From an uncultured Candidatus Moduliflexus sp. (lineage in GTDB: Bacteria > Moduliflexota > Moduliflexia > Moduliflexales > Moduliflexaceae), in NCBI GenBank assembly GCA_964602655.1, contig CAZRSF010000017.1:24116-88115 (forward strand): DNA of 64,000 nt, given 5' to 3'. Of the stretch, positions 39,243 through 48,721 are shown one piece after another (the stretch's first letter is position 1; every line of letters starts with the position of its first letter). The notes beneath the pieces were generated by a model, which did no database searches, had not been told where the DNA came from, and worked only from the letters and a program-made list of their open reading frames with translations. The translations under genes were made by a program, and so were the position numbers.

Positions 39243-40217
39243 TTACATCGAGCCCATGACTTCTTTGTAGTTGTCGCGGGTGATCAACTGACCGGCAGTC
39301 CAGATGGCTTTTTCCGGTTCTTTGCCATCTTTGATCCAGTTGAACATATTCTCAGCCGTGCCGTAACCATGCTGTTTGGCGGCTAACAGGATTGAACCCA
39401 TCAACGCGGTCGGCTCCGGTTTTTCGAATTCGGCGACCGCTTCCGTGCCATTGATACCAACGGCAATCGCTGAATCTACACTGAATTTCTGGCCTTCCAA
39501 CGCTCTGACAGCACCGATTGCGGAACTATCATTCCCACCGGCAATCACCCACAGTTTGATCTCCGCTTTTTTGGTCAGCGTGATGTTTGCTGCATTGAAA
39601 CTGCCTTCGATATCCAGAGTTTTCATCGGGGAATCGAAAATATTGGCTTCCGGCAGGCCAGCGGCTAACAAGACTTCAGTTGCGCCGTCGGTGCGTTCTT
39701 TAATCGTCGGAAGTTGATCGTAGCTCATGCGCAGGAAACCGACTTGCGTCATATCCCATCCGCGTTTTTTGGCTTCGTCAGCAATCGCCTGTCCGACAGC
39801 TTTGCCGATATTGAAGGCAGAAATGCCCATGTGATGCACATCTTCCATCGGTTTGCCATCGGAGCCGATAAAACGGTCGTCAACGCTCATTACTTTCAGT
39901 TTGGCGGCTTCGGCTTTTGCGACAATGGCCGGTCCAAGTTTCACGTCAGGCGTGCAAATGACAAAACCCTGAGCCTGCTGAGCGGCCAGGTTATCAATTG
40001 CGGCCAACACTTTTTCGCCATCGGTTGCGCCGATTTTGATCAACTCGAATCCTAATGTGTCTGCGGCTTGCTGCGCGTATTTCCATTCATCCTGGAACCA
40101 CGGTTCATCCGGCTGTTTCACTAAAAAGCCGATTTTGATTTTGTCCGCGGCAATCGCGAAACTGCATAATGATAATACCAACAAGCTGACAATTGATAAT
40201 GTGAACAACTTCTTCAT
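39243..40217 (-). CDS. Periplasmic sugar-binding protein (RbsB/AraF-like)
   Basis: AAGGAGAAGAAGACC precedes the ATG at 40217. The protein has a signal peptide followed by a PBP-type I fold. Confidence 0.85.
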   Translation of the reverse strand: MKKLFTLSIVSLLVLSLCSFAIAADKIKIGFLVKQPDEPWFQDEWKYAQQAADTLGFELIKIGATDGEKVLAAIDNLAAQQAQGFVICTPDVKLGPAIVAKAEAAKLKVMSVDDRFIGSDGKPMEDVHHMGISAFNIGKAVGQAIADEAKKRGWDMTQVGFLRMSYDQLPTIKERTDGATEVLLAAGLPEANIFDSPMKTLDIEGSFNAANITLTKKAEIKLWVIAGGNDSSAIGAVRALEGQKFSVDSAIAVGINGTEAVAEFEKPEPTALMGSILLAAKQHGYGTAENMFNWIKDGKEPEKAIWTAGQLITRDNYKEVMGSM

Positions 40218-40360
40218 GGTCTTCTTCTCCTTGAAGTGCGGCTGGTGTTCATGACTTACGGCAGTGCCGTAACGAACCCAGTCCATCATAATGTCCCCCT
40301 CATTCGAAAGGGCGTGAACCTCTGACCAAGATGTGCAACCATACGACAACATTTTTATAA

Positions 40361-40376
40361 GCAAGAGCGATGCCAA
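40361..40376 (-). promoter_or_regulatory. Candidate sigma-54 (-24/-12) promoter TGGCAT-N5-TTGCT driving the sugar ABC operon
   Basis: The minus strand reads TTGGCATCGCTCTTGCT about 140 nt upstream of the binding-protein start. An NtrC-type activator gene lies divergent to it. Confidence 0.5.
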
Positions 40377-40481
40377 CAAGACGACCCACCATATAAAAAT
40401 TTATAACTATCAATTTTATAATATATTACATGATACACACGATTTCTGGCTTGACATTTTTATAGACAAATCGAACAGACT

Positions 40482-40527
40482 ATGTGTCATAGTGACACAT
40501 GCAATAGGGGACATGTGTCACTATGAC
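40482..40527. promoter_or_regulatory. Two TGTGTCA-N3-TGACACA-type palindromes, candidate enhancer (UAS) sites
   Basis: ATGTGTCATAGTGACACAT and ACATGTGTCACTATGAC are spaced about 30 bp apart, between the sigma-54 promoter and the divergent regulator gene. Confidence 0.4.
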
Positions 40528-40590
40528 CCAAACTTATAAGGAACGCAATCCTGCCAGGGGTTCAAACCCTGGCAGGGTTTTTCCAGAAAT

Positions 40591-41931
40591 ATGATCAAAA
40601 CGCTGTTGATTGTTGATGATAAAATCAAATTGTGCGACGCGCTGGCGCAAGCGTTCCAGCAACAGGGCTACCATACGGTGATCGCGACGAATCGGGAAGA
40701 CGCAATTACCGCCTGCGCGTCGCACCCGATTCATGTCGCGCTGTTAGACATCAAGCTTGGCGCGCAGAATGGAGTCGAAGTGTTAGGCGAACTGCTGCAA
40801 CTCCATAAACACCTGCCAGTCATTATGATGACCGGCCATGCGTCGGTGGAAACCGCCGTCCAATCGCTGAAACTCGGCGCATTCGATTATGTTAAAAAGC
40901 CGCTGGATTTTCATCAGCTTGCGAATTTGGTGGAAAACGCGATCCGTCTTTCCGCGCTGAGCGAGGAGAATCAGCAATTGAAAGATCAGTTGATTGACGA
41001 ACTTTCGCCGCGCCTGATTACGCAGACGCCGAAAATGCTGGAAGTCGCGGAAAAGGCCAAAAAACTCGCGGTGACTGATCTGCCAGTGTTGATTTTTGGT
41101 GAGAATGGTACAGGAAAAGAGGTGATTGCTGATTTTCTGCACATCAATTCGCCGCGCAATTCCCGTAAAATGCTGAAAATTAACTGCGCCGCATTCCCTG
41201 AAAGTCTGTTGGATAACGAGCTATTCGGCCATGAAAAAGGGGCGTACACCGGGGCAGATGCGCAGTTCAAAGGCGTGTTCGAGCGGGCGGATCAAAGCTC
41301 GCTCTTTTTGGACGAAATCGGCGACATGCCGCTGACGATTCAGGCAAAAATCCTGCGGGCGCTGCAAAACCGTGAAATCCGGCGACTTGGCGGCAGTCAA
41401 ATGATTCACATTCATGTGCGCTTTATCGCGGCGACGAATAAAGATTTGCAAAAATTGATTGAAAAAGAACGCTTTCGCGAAGATTTGTATTATCGCTTGA
41501 AGGCGGCGGTCATCAAGATTCCGCCGCTGCGCGATCGCAAAGACGATCTTCCGTTGCTGGCGCATCATTTTCTGACCGAATTTGCCCGCGCCACCTCGAC
41601 GCCGGTTAAAACCCTCAGCGACGCAGTCCGCCGGGAATTCTCCCGCTATGATTGGCCGGGAAACGTGCGGGAATTCAAAAATGTCGTGGCGTATGCCGTC
41701 GCGATTGCCTCTGGCGACACGATTCAACTTGACGATCTTCCGCCCGATTTTTTAGAGTTCCCTGAAGAAATTGTGCCGGATAACATGATTGATGAAGTAG
41801 AAAAAAATCTGATTATCAAAATGCTGCAAAAAACCGATTATAACAAAAAACGCACGGCGGAACTGCTGAATATCGGCAGAAAAACCCTCTACCGCAAATT
41901 AGAAAAATATGGCATTACCGTCCCAGAATAA
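40591..41931 (+). CDS. Sigma-54-dependent response regulator (REC, AAA+ sigma-54 activator, Fis-type HTH; NtrC family)
   Basis: The REC domain has the phospho-Asp context (VALLDIKLG). Walker A GENGTGKE, the GAFTGA-like loop and a C-terminal HTH are present. Confidence 0.9.
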   Translation: MIKTLLIVDDKIKLCDALAQAFQQQGYHTVIATNREDAITACASHPIHVALLDIKLGAQNGVEVLGELLQLHKHLPVIMMTGHASVETAVQSLKLGAFDYVKKPLDFHQLANLVENAIRLSALSEENQQLKDQLIDELSPRLITQTPKMLEVAEKAKKLAVTDLPVLIFGENGTGKEVIADFLHINSPRNSRKMLKINCAAFPESLLDNELFGHEKGAYTGADAQFKGVFERADQSSLFLDEIGDMPLTIQAKILRALQNREIRRLGGSQMIHIHVRFIAATNKDLQKLIEKERFREDLYYRLKAAVIKIPPLRDRKDDLPLLAHHFLTEFARATSTPVKTLSDAVRREFSRYDWPGNVREFKNVVAYAVAIASGDTIQLDDLPPDFLEFPEEIVPDNMIDEVEKNLIIKMLQKTDYNKKRTAELLNIGRKTLYRKLEKYGITVPE

Positions 41932-43756
41932 CGCCGATTCGCTGATCGAGTTCGTCAATGTCAGTTTGAACTATGGCGCAACGAAAGCGTTATCGCATCT
42001 CAATCTTGTCATTCGTCGCGCCGAAATTCACGCGATTGTCGGGGAACATGGGGCGGGGAAATCGTCGCTCGGCATGATGTTATGCGGGTTATTGAAACCC
42101 CAGAATGGTCACATCATTATAGAACGGCAACCCTATCGCAGCCTGACGCTCCAATCTGCCCGGAAAATTGGCATTGAAATGGTGCAGCAGCAAACGCTGT
42201 CGCTGAATCCGTATTTTTCGATTGCCGATAATTTCGCGCTCGATAGCCGCCCATTGTATAAACTCTGGCGTAAAAAGCAATCGTTGCAAGCTGCCCGCGA
42301 TTTCCTGGAGCAATGGGGTTTAACGCACATTAACCCCGCTGTTCCGGTCAATACGTTGAACGTGCCGGATCAACTATTTGTTGATATTCTCAAACATCTG
42401 TATCAACGCCCCACCCTGCTGATTCTTGATGAAGCCTTAGAAAAATTGACCACTGCCAATTACAACACCATTGTCGGAATCTTGCAGCGCTTAAAACAGC
42501 AGGGGCGCTCGATCTTGCTGATTACCCACCGCATTGACGATGTGTATCAGTTGGCTGACCGGGTCAGCGTCATCAAACATGGAGAAATTTTGCTCTCCGA
42601 TGAGGTCAAAAACATTGATAAAATCAACCTGATCAAAATGGCCTATACCCAGGTATCAGAGCAACACACGGACAACCTGAATAGGGAATTTTATCAGTTA
42701 TTGAAATACAACGAGGCGATTCTGCGTAACCTGCCGGTAAATTTGATTGTTGCGGATCATGAAAACAATATCAGATTGGTGAATGACTATTGCAAGCAAT
42801 CGTTCGAACTCGATCAGGTTGCTTACATCAACAAACCGCTCGCAGAAGTCGTGACCAGCGCCAATAACGAGGTCGTTGACTTTCTCGATCACGCCCTGTC
42901 CTATCGCGAAGAACACGCCTTTTATCAAGCGCCGATTCGGGTGAATAAGCAAGAAATCATCGGTAATATCAAAACCTTCCCGGTGTATGACGGCAGCCTG
43001 TTCATGGGCACGATGCTGACCATCGAAGATGTGACCGAATACGATCAACTTCAAAAGCAAGTGGTGCTCTCCGAAAAGCTCGCTTCGGTCGGCATGTTAG
43101 CGGCAGGCGTGGCGCATGAAATCAATAATCCGCTGGAAATCATTTACACCTATTTGAGTTTCATGAAATACAAATTTCGCGGGCTGGAACTCCATAAAGC
43201 GCTGAACACGCTGCACGAGCAAATCGCCGATATTTCCAGCATCGTCAGCAATCTTCAGACGTTTTCGGATCGCCATGTCGAGAACGAAGAGGTGGATTTG
43301 AACGATGTGATTCAGAATATGCTGAACCTGTTGAAATACAACGCGAAGTATGAAAATATCGCCATTCATTTCGAACCTGAGAGCGACGACATTCTCATCA
43401 TCACGAACCGCAACGAAATCAAGCAGGTCATTTTGAACTTGCTGAAGAATAGCTTCGAGGTTATGCCATCCGGCGGCGAAATCAGGATTATCACGCGCAT
43501 TTTCGAAGAGAACGGCGGCAAAAACGTGCAGATGACGTTCCAGGATACCGGGCCGGGGATTCATGACAAAAATCCGAACAACGTGTTCTTGCCGTTTTAT
43601 TCGACGAAACACGGCAAAGGGAGCAATAACTTTGGTCTCGGCCTCTCGATCAGTTATAACATCATCAAAAAACACAAAGGGACGATTTCCGTCCAGAATC
43701 TTGAGCAAGCCGGCTGCCAGTTCACCATCACGCTGCCGCAGGCGGCGGCGAATTAG
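41909..43756 (+). CDS. Sensor histidine kinase with an N-terminal degenerate ABC-type ATPase domain, a PAS-like middle and HisKA+HATPase
   Basis: The N-terminal ~230 aa have an ABC Walker A (GEHGAGKSS) and Walker B (LLILDEA) but no LSGGQ signature motif. An H-box (AAGVAHEINNPL) and N/G1/G2 boxes follow. The gene overlaps the regulator gene by 23 nt. Confidence 0.8.
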   Translation: MALPSQNNADSLIEFVNVSLNYGATKALSHLNLVIRRAEIHAIVGEHGAGKSSLGMMLCGLLKPQNGHIIIERQPYRSLTLQSARKIGIEMVQQQTLSLNPYFSIADNFALDSRPLYKLWRKKQSLQAARDFLEQWGLTHINPAVPVNTLNVPDQLFVDILKHLYQRPTLLILDEALEKLTTANYNTIVGILQRLKQQGRSILLITHRIDDVYQLADRVSVIKHGEILLSDEVKNIDKINLIKMAYTQVSEQHTDNLNREFYQLLKYNEAILRNLPVNLIVADHENNIRLVNDYCKQSFELDQVAYINKPLAEVVTSANNEVVDFLDHALSYREEHAFYQAPIRVNKQEIIGNIKTFPVYDGSLFMGTMLTIEDVTEYDQLQKQVVLSEKLASVGMLAAGVAHEINNPLEIIYTYLSFMKYKFRGLELHKALNTLHEQIADISSIVSNLQTFSDRHVENEEVDLNDVIQNMLNLLKYNAKYENIAIHFEPESDDILIITNRNEIKQVILNLLKNSFEVMPSGGEIRIITRIFEENGGKNVQMTFQDTGPGIHDKNPNNVFLPFYSTKHGKGSNNFGLGLSISYNIIKKHKGTISVQNLEQAGCQFTITLPQAAAN

Positions 43757-43808
43757 CGGGATACACACCTCACAGGTTTTAAAAACCTGTGAGGTGTTTT
43801 CGTATTGT

Positions 43809-44558
43809 ATGACATTCATTTCTCACTGGCTTGGGCAGGTCGAATATCAGGCGGCGCTGGCGCAGCAGCACGCGCTGGTTGAGGCACATCGAACGAACGC
43901 TGACATGTCTGACACGCTGCTCCTGTTAGAACATCCGCCGACCTTGACGCTTGGCAGGCGTGCGAACCGTGAGCACTTGCTTGTGGATGAAACGACGTTG
44001 CGGCAGCGTGGATTCGTCGTGTTTGAGGCGGAACGCGGCGGGGACATCACGTATCACGGGCCGGGACAGCTTGTGGGGTATCCGATCCTGAATTTGAAGC
44101 GGCTGTACGGCTCGAACGAGCTTGATCTGCACCGATATGTCAGCGAGATTGAAGAGGTGTTGATATTGGCGTTGGCTGAATTCGGTGTGAAAGGGTGGCG
44201 CTACTCAGGCTATACCGGCGTCTGGGTTGATATTGAAGGTGTTTCGGCGAAAATCGCGGCAATTGGAATCAAGGTCAACAGCAAAGGGATCAGCAGTCAC
44301 GGCTTTGCGCTGAACGTCAATACTGAACTCAGCCATTTTGATCTGATTGTGCCGTGCGGGATTCGTGAACATGGCGTGACCAGCCTGTCGCACTTGCTGC
44401 GACAGCCGGTTACGATTCACGATGTCTTGCCCCATGTACTCTCCGCTTTTCGCCGCGTGCTCGGCTATGAAACCGGGATGTTCTTCCCTTCGACAAGCTC
44501 AGGGAACGATTGCCCAACTTTCCCTGAGCTTGTCGAAGGGAAGAACATCCCCCAGTAA
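43809..44558 (+). CDS. lipB: Lipoyl(octanoyl) transferase
   Basis: LipB motifs are present (…LLLLEHPPTLTLGRRA…ITYHGPGQLVGYPIL…AKIAAIGIKV…). The C-terminal 28 aa are encoded by a 31-bp perfect inverted repeat. Confidence 0.85.
   Translation: MTFISHWLGQVEYQAALAQQHALVEAHRTNADMSDTLLLLEHPPTLTLGRRANREHLLVDETTLRQRGFVVFEAERGGDITYHGPGQLVGYPILNLKRLYGSNELDLHRYVSEIEEVLILALAEFGVKGWRYSGYTGVWVDIEGVSAKIAAIGIKVNSKGISSHGFALNVNTELSHFDLIVPCGIREHGVTSLSHLLRQPVTIHDVLPHVLSAFRRVLGYETGMFFPSTSSGNDCPTFPELVEGKNIPQ
44475..44551. repeat. 31-bp perfect inverted repeat (GGGATGTTCTTCCCTTCGACAAGCTCAGGGA / revcomp) with a 15-nt loop, at the lipB 3' end
   Basis: The repeat is visible in the sequence. Both arms lie inside the annotated lipB C-terminal coding region. 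Confidence 0.7.
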
Positions 44559-44565
44559 TTAGACG

Positions 44566-45960
44566 CTACGACATCCTCAGCGCGTCTTCCCAATGCTCGA
44601 AATACGTCACGTCCAGCGAATCGTCTTCGCCTAAACAGCGCACCGCGCCGCATTCCTGATGATAGACCGAATCATCGAGCAGTGTCTGCAATTTCGGCAG
44701 CGTCCGGGTCGGGATGTCGCAAGCTTTCGTCCATGTTCCTGTATTGATATAGGTAAACGATTCCGCCGACCCATCAATATCGAATGTTTTTGCGGACACT
44801 GGCGTATGCGTATGTCCCATCACCACGTAGCGCGTACCGGGATGATGACGCGCAATCAGCTTTGCGGCCTGCTGGTAATTATCCGTATCGGAAAACAGGC
44901 TGCGGGACTGCGGGCGCGATTCGGTATTCTGCATCATATCGAGCAATTCGTATTCGACGCCGCTGTACCGGGAAAAAATGTGTTCCCATTGCGTTTCGCT
45001 GAACGTTTGCAGCGTCGCGTCGAATTCTCGTTTGAACGAGGGGCTGCTGCGAAGTTCTTGCAGCCGTTCGCGCAGCGCGTTCAGCTTGATGCCGTCCGTA
45101 AAGGCGTCCATATCCATCTGGCGCAGCGTCCGGGTTTTGGGTTTCCATCCGAGCACTGACGATTGCAGGTATTCTTTTAACGGAATACGGAAATTTTTCA
45201 AAAAAATCAGCAATTCTGCGGCGAATTTCGCCGTCACTACCACATCTTCATGCAGCGTGGCCGCTAAGGCGGTTTTCCACATCGGTCGCGCATTATCCAG
45301 CATCGGATAGCGCTCTTCGATGTTGTTGAAAAAATGATCGACAAAGTACGTGCCCCAACAGCTATTCAGGCGGTTGAACGTCACGTTGATCGGCACGTCG
45401 ATCTGGTTGTCGTCGGAATATTGATGCCCATGCGTCACGAACACGCCTTCTTCTTTATACACCATGCCGAATTTGAAATTTTTCGGCGTCGCGCCGATTC
45501 GTTTCATCAGAATGCCTAACACGCGATTCCAGGCCAAATCCACGTCATGGTTGCCGGGAATGATCAGCAATTCATTGCCCGCGATGGCGAGAAATTTCTT
45601 GAGCGCGTCGAATTCGTCCGGATGTCCGGCAATCGCTTTTTGCAGGCGCAGCGCCGATTCCGATTCGGTCGTTCCTAAAAATTTTTGCGGCGGCGCGGAC
45701 ATTGTTCCCAAGATGATTTGCGGAAAATCAATGAAATCGCCATTGATAATCAGGCGGACGCCGCCCAATTTCGACGCCCCGTCCACAAAGGCCACAAAGT
45801 GTTCGGCGGCCTGCTGATCAAAATCTTCTAACCGGTTTTGCTGTCCTTCTCCCAAATGGAGATCGCTGATAATAAATCTCGGTTTTACACTCACGGTCGT
45901 TTCACTCCTTGTGCTCGATGCTGCCGCTCGCCGCCTCAACGGCGGTGCGAGGGGCGGCAT
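44566..45960 (-). CDS. Calcineurin-like metallophosphoesterase
   Basis: Metallophosphoesterase motifs are present (ISDLHLG, GDFID, GNHD). The start may be the GTG at 45894, which has GGAG upstream, rather than the ATG at 45960, which overlaps VanZ. Confidence 0.8.
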   Translation of the reverse strand: MPPLAPPLRRRAAASSTRSETTVSVKPRFIISDLHLGEGQQNRLEDFDQQAAEHFVAFVDGASKLGGVRLIINGDFIDFPQIILGTMSAPPQKFLGTTESESALRLQKAIAGHPDEFDALKKFLAIAGNELLIIPGNHDVDLAWNRVLGILMKRIGATPKNFKFGMVYKEEGVFVTHGHQYSDDNQIDVPINVTFNRLNSCWGTYFVDHFFNNIEERYPMLDNARPMWKTALAATLHEDVVVTAKFAAELLIFLKNFRIPLKEYLQSSVLGWKPKTRTLRQMDMDAFTDGIKLNALRERLQELRSSPSFKREFDATLQTFSETQWEHIFSRYSGVEYELLDMMQNTESRPQSRSLFSDTDNYQQAAKLIARHHPGTRYVVMGHTHTPVSAKTFDIDGSAESFTYINTGTWTKACDIPTRTLPKLQTLLDDSVYHQECGAVRCLGEDDSLDVTYFEHWEDALRMS

Positions 45961-46432
45961 GTTGATTGCTGGAAATCGCCTGCGCCGCGCGTCTCTGCCG
46001 TCGCCAAATCCAGATATGTCCGCCGAGGATTGCTCCGAACGTATTGGCCATCACGTCCGAAACCGATGGAATGCGATGCGGGACGAGACGCTGCTGATAT
46101 TCGATCCATGCGCTGCCGCCAAGCGCGACAAGCAAGGTCAGAATCAAACTGATCGTCATACCATAGCGGAAGATGCGGTGAAAGACAAGAAAAATCATCA
46201 TGCCGATTGGCAGAAAGACAAAAATATTGATCAGCACGTCGCTGATGACGAGTACGCGTTGATACGTCACCGGATGATGATGTTGCAGCGGATACACCAG
46301 CATGTCCTGAATCTTTCCGGGAGGCACGAGAAACATGACCCAGTCGTACAGCGAACGCCCCTGGATCAGCATCAATCCGGCCAATACCGCTCCCATATAC
46401 AGCGCGCCAAGCACCCAATAACGAATTTTCAT
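45902..46432 (-). CDS. VanZ-family membrane protein
   Basis: The protein is a small polytopic membrane protein with VanZ-like topology. The start was chosen at the ATG at 46432. Confidence 0.6.
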   Translation of the reverse strand: MKIRYWVLGALYMGAVLAGLMLIQGRSLYDWVMFLVPPGKIQDMLVYPLQHHHPVTYQRVLVISDVLINIFVFLPIGMMIFLVFHRIFRYGMTISLILTLLVALGGSAWIEYQQRLVPHRIPSVSDVMANTFGAILGGHIWIWRRQRRAAQAISSNQHAAPRTAVEAASGSIEHKE

Positions 46433-46630
46433 AATTAATGATCTCGGAAAAACGTTGCGTACAGCATTATTCACTCATATTGTTCTTCGTATCTCTCGTT
46501 CGTGAAAAGGTCAAGCATTTATTCCAGGAACTTGCGCTGATTATTGATGCGAGCGTTGATTTTTGAGAAGCCCTGTCAGAGTTTAAAACTCTGACAGGGC
46601 TGAAGGCGAGGCGTTGAGGGGAAACGTCAA

Positions 46631-48349
46631 CTATCGTTTACGATGCGTGAGCGCAAATGTCGTTTCCACCGCCATTAAGATCGACAGAATCAGTAGGACG
46701 GTTGACGCCCACGGCACGGCTTCGCTGGTCAGCGCAAACACGCCGCCTTTGAACCAACTGCCGCGAATCATGTTGATGAGCGCCCAGTTACTCATGATAA
46801 ACATCCAGATCGCCGGGATAATTGCCACAATCCAAGCGCCTCGGAATTTAGAGGTCTTATACAACCAGACCGCCACGCCGATCAGCGCTAACCCGGCGAG
46901 CAACTGGTTCGATGCGCCGAACACGTTCCAGAAGACTTTCCACGCCGGAATCGGGTTGCCTTTGGCATCTACGACCGTCCGCATGACGAACAAGAGCGGC
47001 ACGCCTGCGGTCAACGCGGTCGCAAACGATTTGCCCGCCAAATTCTTCCAGCCGGTCAATTCTTCGATAATATAGCGTCCAAGCCGCGTACTCACGTCTA
47101 AGGTGTCATACACGAACGTCGTGAACGCCATCAAGCCGAACGAAATGCCGAAGACGGCGGGGATGCCGAGCAGTTCGAGGAATCGCCCAAGCCCGGAGGC
47201 ATAAATGAAGTTCGGGGATTTGCCGATCAGCGGGCTATCTTTTGCCAGAATCATGACGCACGCCAATGAGATGACCGCGACCAACCCTTCCAGCAGCATC
47301 GCGCCGTAGCCGATAATTTTGGTATCGCCTTCGCGTTTGATCTGCTTGGATGTCGTGCCGGAGCCGACCAACGAATGGAAGCCGGAACACGCGCCGCAGG
47401 CGACCGTGATAAACAGCAGAGGAAACATCGGGAAAAAGAATCCGCCCATTCCCATCTCGCCGCCCAATTTCGTAAACGCCGGATATTCGATCTGGAACCC
47501 GCCGAACAGCACGCCGATTCCAGCGGCTAACAACGACACATAGAGGAAATAGCCGCCGAGATGTCCGCGCGGCTGCAACAGCATCCACATCGGCATAATC
47601 GAGGCGATAAAGCAGTAGAGCAGAATGAACACATCCCACATTTTCTGCGCCGTCATCGGCTCAACGCTCAGCAGCGTGGCCAAATCGAGCGGAATGTATT
47701 TTCCAACCCAGATTGACACGCCGACGAGCGGCAGGAAAATCACGGTGGCCAGCGTCAAATTCATTTTGGTATATTTGAGCACGACGCCCATGATAATCGG
47801 CAGAATCAAATAGAGGAGCGATGACGTGGCAATCGCGCCGCCGCCGACTTTTTCGCCGCTTTCAAGCGTGACCATGCCGACAAACGAACTGGCCGTAATG
47901 TCCGTAAACGCCACGATGATGTACACGAGCGTGATCCAGATGAAAATCATGAACAGGATATAGGCGCGCTGCGACACATTCTCCCGCACAACCTCCGTGA
48001 TCGAACGGGCTTTGTGACGCACGGACGCAATCAGCGACCCCATGTCATGCACGCCGCCGATAAAAATCGAACCGATAATAATCCAGAAGAGCGTCGGCCC
48101 CCAACCGAACATGACGCCCGCTAAAATAGGACCGGTGATCGGCCCTGCCGCAGCGATGGCCGAAAAATGCTGTCCTAATAAAAATTTCGGTTCGACCGGA
48201 ACATAGTCCACTCCATCTTCCATTTCGACCGCAGGCGTTCTTTTGGAGTTATCCAGCTTGAAGACCTTTTTCTCCAAAAATGTGCCATACGTGTAGTAGG
48301 CCAGGAGCAGCAACACTGACGAGACGGCAACGATAAGCAAAATGTTCAT
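46631..48349 (-). CDS. cstA: Carbon starvation protein A family transporter
   Basis: The CstA N-terminal signature is present (…GVDYVPVEPKFLLGQHFSAIAAAGPITGPILAGVMFGWGPTLFWIIIGSIFIGGVHD…). Confidence 0.9.
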   Translation of the reverse strand: MNILLIVAVSSVLLLLAYYTYGTFLEKKVFKLDNSKRTPAVEMEDGVDYVPVEPKFLLGQHFSAIAAAGPITGPILAGVMFGWGPTLFWIIIGSIFIGGVHDMGSLIASVRHKARSITEVVRENVSQRAYILFMIFIWITLVYIIVAFTDITASSFVGMVTLESGEKVGGGAIATSSLLYLILPIIMGVVLKYTKMNLTLATVIFLPLVGVSIWVGKYIPLDLATLLSVEPMTAQKMWDVFILLYCFIASIMPMWMLLQPRGHLGGYFLYVSLLAAGIGVLFGGFQIEYPAFTKLGGEMGMGGFFFPMFPLLFITVACGACSGFHSLVGSGTTSKQIKREGDTKIIGYGAMLLEGLVAVISLACVMILAKDSPLIGKSPNFIYASGLGRFLELLGIPAVFGISFGLMAFTTFVYDTLDVSTRLGRYIIEELTGWKNLAGKSFATALTAGVPLLFVMRTVVDAKGNPIPAWKVFWNVFGASNQLLAGLALIGVAVWLYKTSKFRGAWIVAIIPAIWMFIMSNWALINMIRGSWFKGGVFALTSEAVPWASTVLLILSILMAVETTFALTHRKR

Positions 48350-48721
48350 CTACAACCTCCGCGATGGTCTGAAAAATCGCGATCATCTATCATTTAGATA
48401 GAATGACGTATGCGGTATTTTCCCAGACAGAACATAAATACGATAAACACGTCGAACGCCATTGCGAAATCAACGTGCGTGAATTGGTCAAGAGATTTTT
48501 TAATCACTTATGAAAATGGGGTTCTTGCGCCTCATTCGCAGGCAGAACGCAAAAGTCGTTCATGGTATTTTTACAAGATGGATTGCGAAAATTTTGCGGC
48601 GATTCACGCGGTGTTTATCACGAAACGGAGAAGATTTTATTGACAAGAATCGCACTCCTCTCGTAATGGCCTCAATATAGCGTTCGAGTAAGTGTATTGC
48701 ATCTAAAAAAGGAGCAAACGT

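Noticed and set aside
45894-45960. 59-nt overlap between the VanZ gene end and the metallophosphoesterase start
   Set aside because: It is probably a start-codon artefact: a GTG at 45894 with GGAG upstream gives a non-overlapping start, so this is not a programmed overlap or frameshift.
48360-48721. Possible T-box leader upstream of the glycyl-tRNA synthetase gene
   Set aside because: No T-box consensus (AATTAGGGTGGTACCGCG-like) or specifier-loop/antiterminator arrangement is visible.
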